Of a stretch of 64,000 nt of DNA, positions 63,701 through 64,000 are shown in pieces. Position numbers and translations under genes: made by a program. Every line of letters starts with the position of its first letter. Within the stretch, counting starts at the first letter, position 1. The stretch covers positions 4,635 through 68,634 of the forward strand of contig JBAZXD010000002.1 of assembly GCA_041660025.1 (NCBI GenBank), in the 5' to 3' direction. The notes beneath the pieces were generated by a model. It was given only the letters and a program-made list of their open reading frames with translations, did not search any database and had not been told where the DNA came from. This DNA comes from Minisyncoccota bacterium (lineage in GTDB: Bacteria > Patescibacteriota > Minisyncoccia > Phycocordibacterales > Phycocordibacteraceae).

Positions 63701-64000
63701 ACGTCAACGGCGTCGAACAGCCGGACGTCGCTTCCGTTATCGACACCTCGAGCCAGACGACCTACATCATCACCTACAAGGCGACCGACCAGCGAGGCAA
63801 TTTCTCCACCGTGACTCGCTCGGTCATCGTTGGTTCGACTTCGTCCACCGCTTCCTCTGATACCACCGCGCCCGTCGTGACACTCGTCGGGGAAGCGGCG
63901 ACACAACTCACGGTCGGCGACACTTTCACCGACCTGGGCGCGACCGCCCTTGACGACGTCGATGGTGACCTGACCGCAAGCATCGTTGTTTCCGGTGCGG
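54784..64000 (+). CDS. Second giant surface-fibre protein, paralogue of 46329..54527. It is longer than 3070 aa, 3'-partial, runs off the window end and is absent from the ORF track because no stop codon is reached. Same module order as the first: one HTH_17-like N-terminal domain, an Arg/Glu helix, a TM anchor, a stalk, GNVGIGTTSP repeats, two S74-like modules and at least two DUF5011-like Ig domains.
   Basis: Frame 1 was translated by hand from the ATG at 54784 (MDPSFNENKQKNISIREATNRSGYSTGYLSNLCRTGKIVGKYSHNEWSVDIASLESFIKGQAERKEARARELARAREMEYRAH ...) with no stop codon to base 63990. TM AIAIATALLVVGGSALAA. S74-like modules at about 62390-62690 (SSDRRIKENIATTTLGLSTLMQISVDDFNFV...GFIAQDLYNIYPEAV) and 62830-63140. 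Ig-like PPVITLLGDNPMHLSVGGTFVEPGITITDDVDGAISVYVAYVNG...TYIITYKATDQRGNFSTVTRSVIV. The only ORFs the track reports here are minus-strand GC shadows. Confidence 0.65.
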   Translation, partial: MDPSFNENKQKNISIREATNRSGYSTGYLSNLCRTGKIVGKYSHNEWSVDIASLESFIKGQAERKEARARELARAREMEYRAHRVPKTPSGANLQPSTFNFQKKPPAMPLSEIIRGSLRSQAIAIATALLVVGGSALAAQASAIPQFAGKTAMLVREAALGFDDLFGDIPARIVSRIDAAENDVRRISSRIVAANAITTARIASPFLAEPDLSSLQMAPLETRTKNVLADLQSTSLTGQALDVPMITADDVQMFVLDVYGVVASPSRAARALVNAYVALGEDAYDAIAAAFSAYDSLIEKSGTRALALAATTRDTLAAAPQLVAQMNLALGGAVIKAAHTAVEADVAAAYTLATAAPASARATVALVGGAGATLADATAELPRLASALFLRATSAPAQLAPALAQAVFDAEYTAATRFVAFTRAVSDASLASITNAGELTYTITKGTQDTLRTTGTLLATAPATVHNAYLGTLGTGALALAAVQPTLTTTEQIALTTYETIHDFFSSAGRALADLLTPAPIIVLVNNTPKTPAPVATSTPVIPPSPSRSSQPSIVNSTSYPTYTTIVRGVSEDFVNQSLTSLRTELLARVSSLIQPVASQVATNVTTIQQVNMIQDLSDLIVRNGDFRGGTFDSGTLSNGLSVTATNGTFTTLTAGATTLGATSLATTTVTGDLTLSGILTANTKAVAPYFVATDTAATSTFAGMLAIGTTTPYGAGLLTVGTSSPLLYIDSTTGNLGIGTSSPASALSVAGNFLLTGTTTVTGTDSGITFTGTGNHDITASAGTLRIGSNTIIGNIQALDSTVDIGTPAVRFDKIYANEVNASTIVGTLTGGNLTAETFSINSDNVSSDQENSYLSFHRGTVSPNALLTWNAATSSKRFEFNQPLFVLDASASTTNTTLSIQSVAGQTGDVFRISSSSSATNFFTVTGAGNVGIGTNSPTANFQVTSNNSNTNSTTGVGVLLKDAMSTTNKIIRFQGNSGSYDHIIYTPGSSSNLRIGITNGTNTYDTVTLTNGNLVGIGNSAPLSRLGVTGNLSVGATYGIIAAPTSGMIVEGNVGIGTTSPSQALSVQGNGLFSGNLAAANITATGTITSTYIGGNAFIAPGSTGSSPQYSFAGSSGNGLGMDSSGNTILQHSFGSAGTGVIIKTGTGSAAEVARFVAGGNVGIGTTTPGATLQVYGSGLFGAGATLLSGDVVTIKGQTRVQGSMIFDTSPSSVSASITPNLAGYTTFNSSSWPIVLQSTGGNVGIGTTSPGWQLEVAGVGSKAGNPWDATGGVAAITDTSAYGLGEGGQLLFQGKYTSAGALAMFGGIRAFKANATDGSAVGNLDLWSRAGAIRFYSTSVPQNGQDGTPDVTISSTGNVGIGTTSPGQLLTVGNNNQFTVDSSGNVVATGSISGTTIYASSAVIGTNSGVLYLGGSSATVLVAAGVFGPITDVSQDLGFYNRQWRNTYIGGNVRVGATYAALNIAGPTSGMIIEGNVGIGTTTPWGQLSVNPNGITGPAFVVGSSTATNFIVTNGGNVGIGTASPLAQLSVGSGSLADAVVPVQINAASGGQAWYGVNKAGGYGMLTGFYDVASGNFSRGGVIRMVTSDPLTIAVNNTVSAMTFLSDGNVGIGTTTPGSRLHVYNGQGGGSVSVSSYDTLSVENNNINYINMISPTANRSGIIFSNSLRGIGGITYTGGDTTAGYGGTNSLNFSTNGSTQSMVINSTGNVGIGTTTPSYKLEVNNDSAATIARLFRNQTGANADVEFGNKSNTWIHRVTGDGTYDYTLVNSGNGVRVLTALYNGNVGIGTTTPWGQLSVNPNGITGPAFVVGSSTATNFIVTNGGNVGIGTVSPQAKFDVAGNVLLGSGQTNPWVYFGGLTSAFPAFKREGANIEVKLANDGNYANLYANAFYPGGSGVIDSGSTGVVNIKNTTATNAATFRVYNTFTDTSNYERGVFDWSTTANVLSIGTQAAGTGTLRNINLIGGNVGIGTTSPSAKLSIQNSATSSPIISLSDPLGGISLELRAGTSTLNNTFVGVGVGQADTTGYYNTASGYQALYSNATGFYNTANGMQALYSNTGNSNTANGMKALYSNTGSNNTASGVNALYSNTTGGGNTANGVSALYSNTTGANNTAIGQFALSSNISATTTTAIGVSAAQGPSNYYNQGGVYVGYRSGFSAATDSDYNTLVGYQSGYGITTGSNNIWIGTATSSTAIANLTTGSQNILIGNNISLPSATASGQLNIGNIIFGTGITGTGSTVSTGNIGIGTTSPWGQLSVNPNGITGPAFVVGSSTATNFIVTNGGNVGIGTTSPTNLLSLSGTGSVLSLDRSTGTNQLIVSYKLGSTEYSRIGLAGTTNSLITGSVAGDLGLMTLSRKIMFSTDSGSTAHMIIDTSGNVGIGETSPASYAKLTVSLTSGAGFTLRGTTNSSQFDIAAVGSAGTFLGPTGVGDTVIRELTNNLVIGTYAAKALIFATGNADRGRILSNGDWIMGGTTVGDGTNDVWTYDNSNDYIKSSRSPTTLANHAVFYNGNGAIGSIQTNGSATAFNTSSDRRIKENIATTTLGLSTLMQISVDDFNFVKDPNTRVQGFIAQDLYNIYPEAVSINGDDGTVPLDPSSIPWQVDYGRITPLIVKSVQDLNANFESRTSFIQSAATSTVLTVDVAGNVGIGTSTSNHTLTVAGDIGATGFINTSTRSAKTDISYVSASTTDDMLNQLTNLKVATYRYTIENQDDPLRLGFIAEDAQTIAPEILSPDGKGVDLYKLATFNLAATQALAAKFDQMDTRVTSLEDRISALESGAVSSASGSPLALSSSTLASAFEGLGVLIKNGIAQFNTLVFRQLVASKDADGTSSAGSVTILVGNTVAQVNNSLVLPSTKVFVTFNSQITGSWWVSDKLAGSFRVVLSEAQTSDVSFDYFLVQTEGQIATSTPSVSGTISQSGGTDVTPPVITLLGDNPMHLSVGGTFVEPGITITDDVDGAISVYVAYVNGVEQPDVASVIDTSSQTTYIITYKATDQRGNFSTVTRSVIVGSTSSTASSDTTAPVVTLVGEAATQLTVGDTFTDLGATALDDVDGDLTASIVVSGA

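Noticed and set aside
1-64000. Looked for CRISPR arrays, transposase or integrase genes, or terminal inverted repeats that would mark a mobile element around the low-GC island
   Set aside because: No direct-repeat/spacer periodicity was seen. No transposase-, integrase- or recombinase-like ORFs were found. No tRNA at the island edges. The island boundaries are defined only by compositional shift.

Overview
This 64 kb window looks like a compact, mostly plus-strand bacterial locus with flanks of roughly 60-65% GC; a CPR/Patescibacteria-like organism is possible but not certain. It has three parts. (1) Bases 1-13,800 hold housekeeping and envelope genes (murC 3' end, rsmI, a GIY-YIG protein, a DUF87/TraD-like ATPase, a PKD surface protein, sugar epimerases, GT4 glycosyltransferases, an inositol monophosphatase and an APH-like kinase). 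(2) Bases 13,800-32,000 form a sharply lower-GC (about 40-45%) glycan-biosynthesis island. It encodes an RfbA-like nucleotidyltransferase, a short UDP-sugar dehydrogenase-like protein, GT4, GT9 and GT2 transferases, WecB, a Wzx-like flippase, an 815-aa TagF-like protein, six class-I SAM methyltransferases and a complete nonulosonic (sialic-like) acid NeuB-NeuC-NeuA cassette. (3) Bases 32,000-64,000 return to high GC and encode a secreted acidic protein, an O-antigen-ligase/TPR fusion, murB, a 985-aa secreted lipase-like protein, secA, obg and gatB. These are followed by three consecutive genes that each begin with excisionase-type HTH (HTH_17-like) domains followed by a TM anchor. Two of the three are giant surface-fibre genes: one is 2732 aa, the other is longer than 3070 aa and runs off the window end so it is absent from the ORF track. 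The giants are built from GNVGIGTTSP-type beta-helix repeats, tandem C-terminal Peptidase_S74-like (tail-fibre intramolecular chaperone) modules and DUF5011-like Ig domains. They share mosaic near-identical DNA blocks and carry (CG)6-7 dinucleotide tracts in their 5' coding regions. A conserved roughly 100-nt element (CAAAGyTTGCTCC ... variable hairpin ... GCTCGCTTGGTArTA, then A-run and terminator) occurs three times immediately after stop codons. No rRNA, tRNA, CRISPR array or transposase was recognised. Many long minus-strand ORFs in the track are GC-rich antisense shadows of the plus-strand genes.
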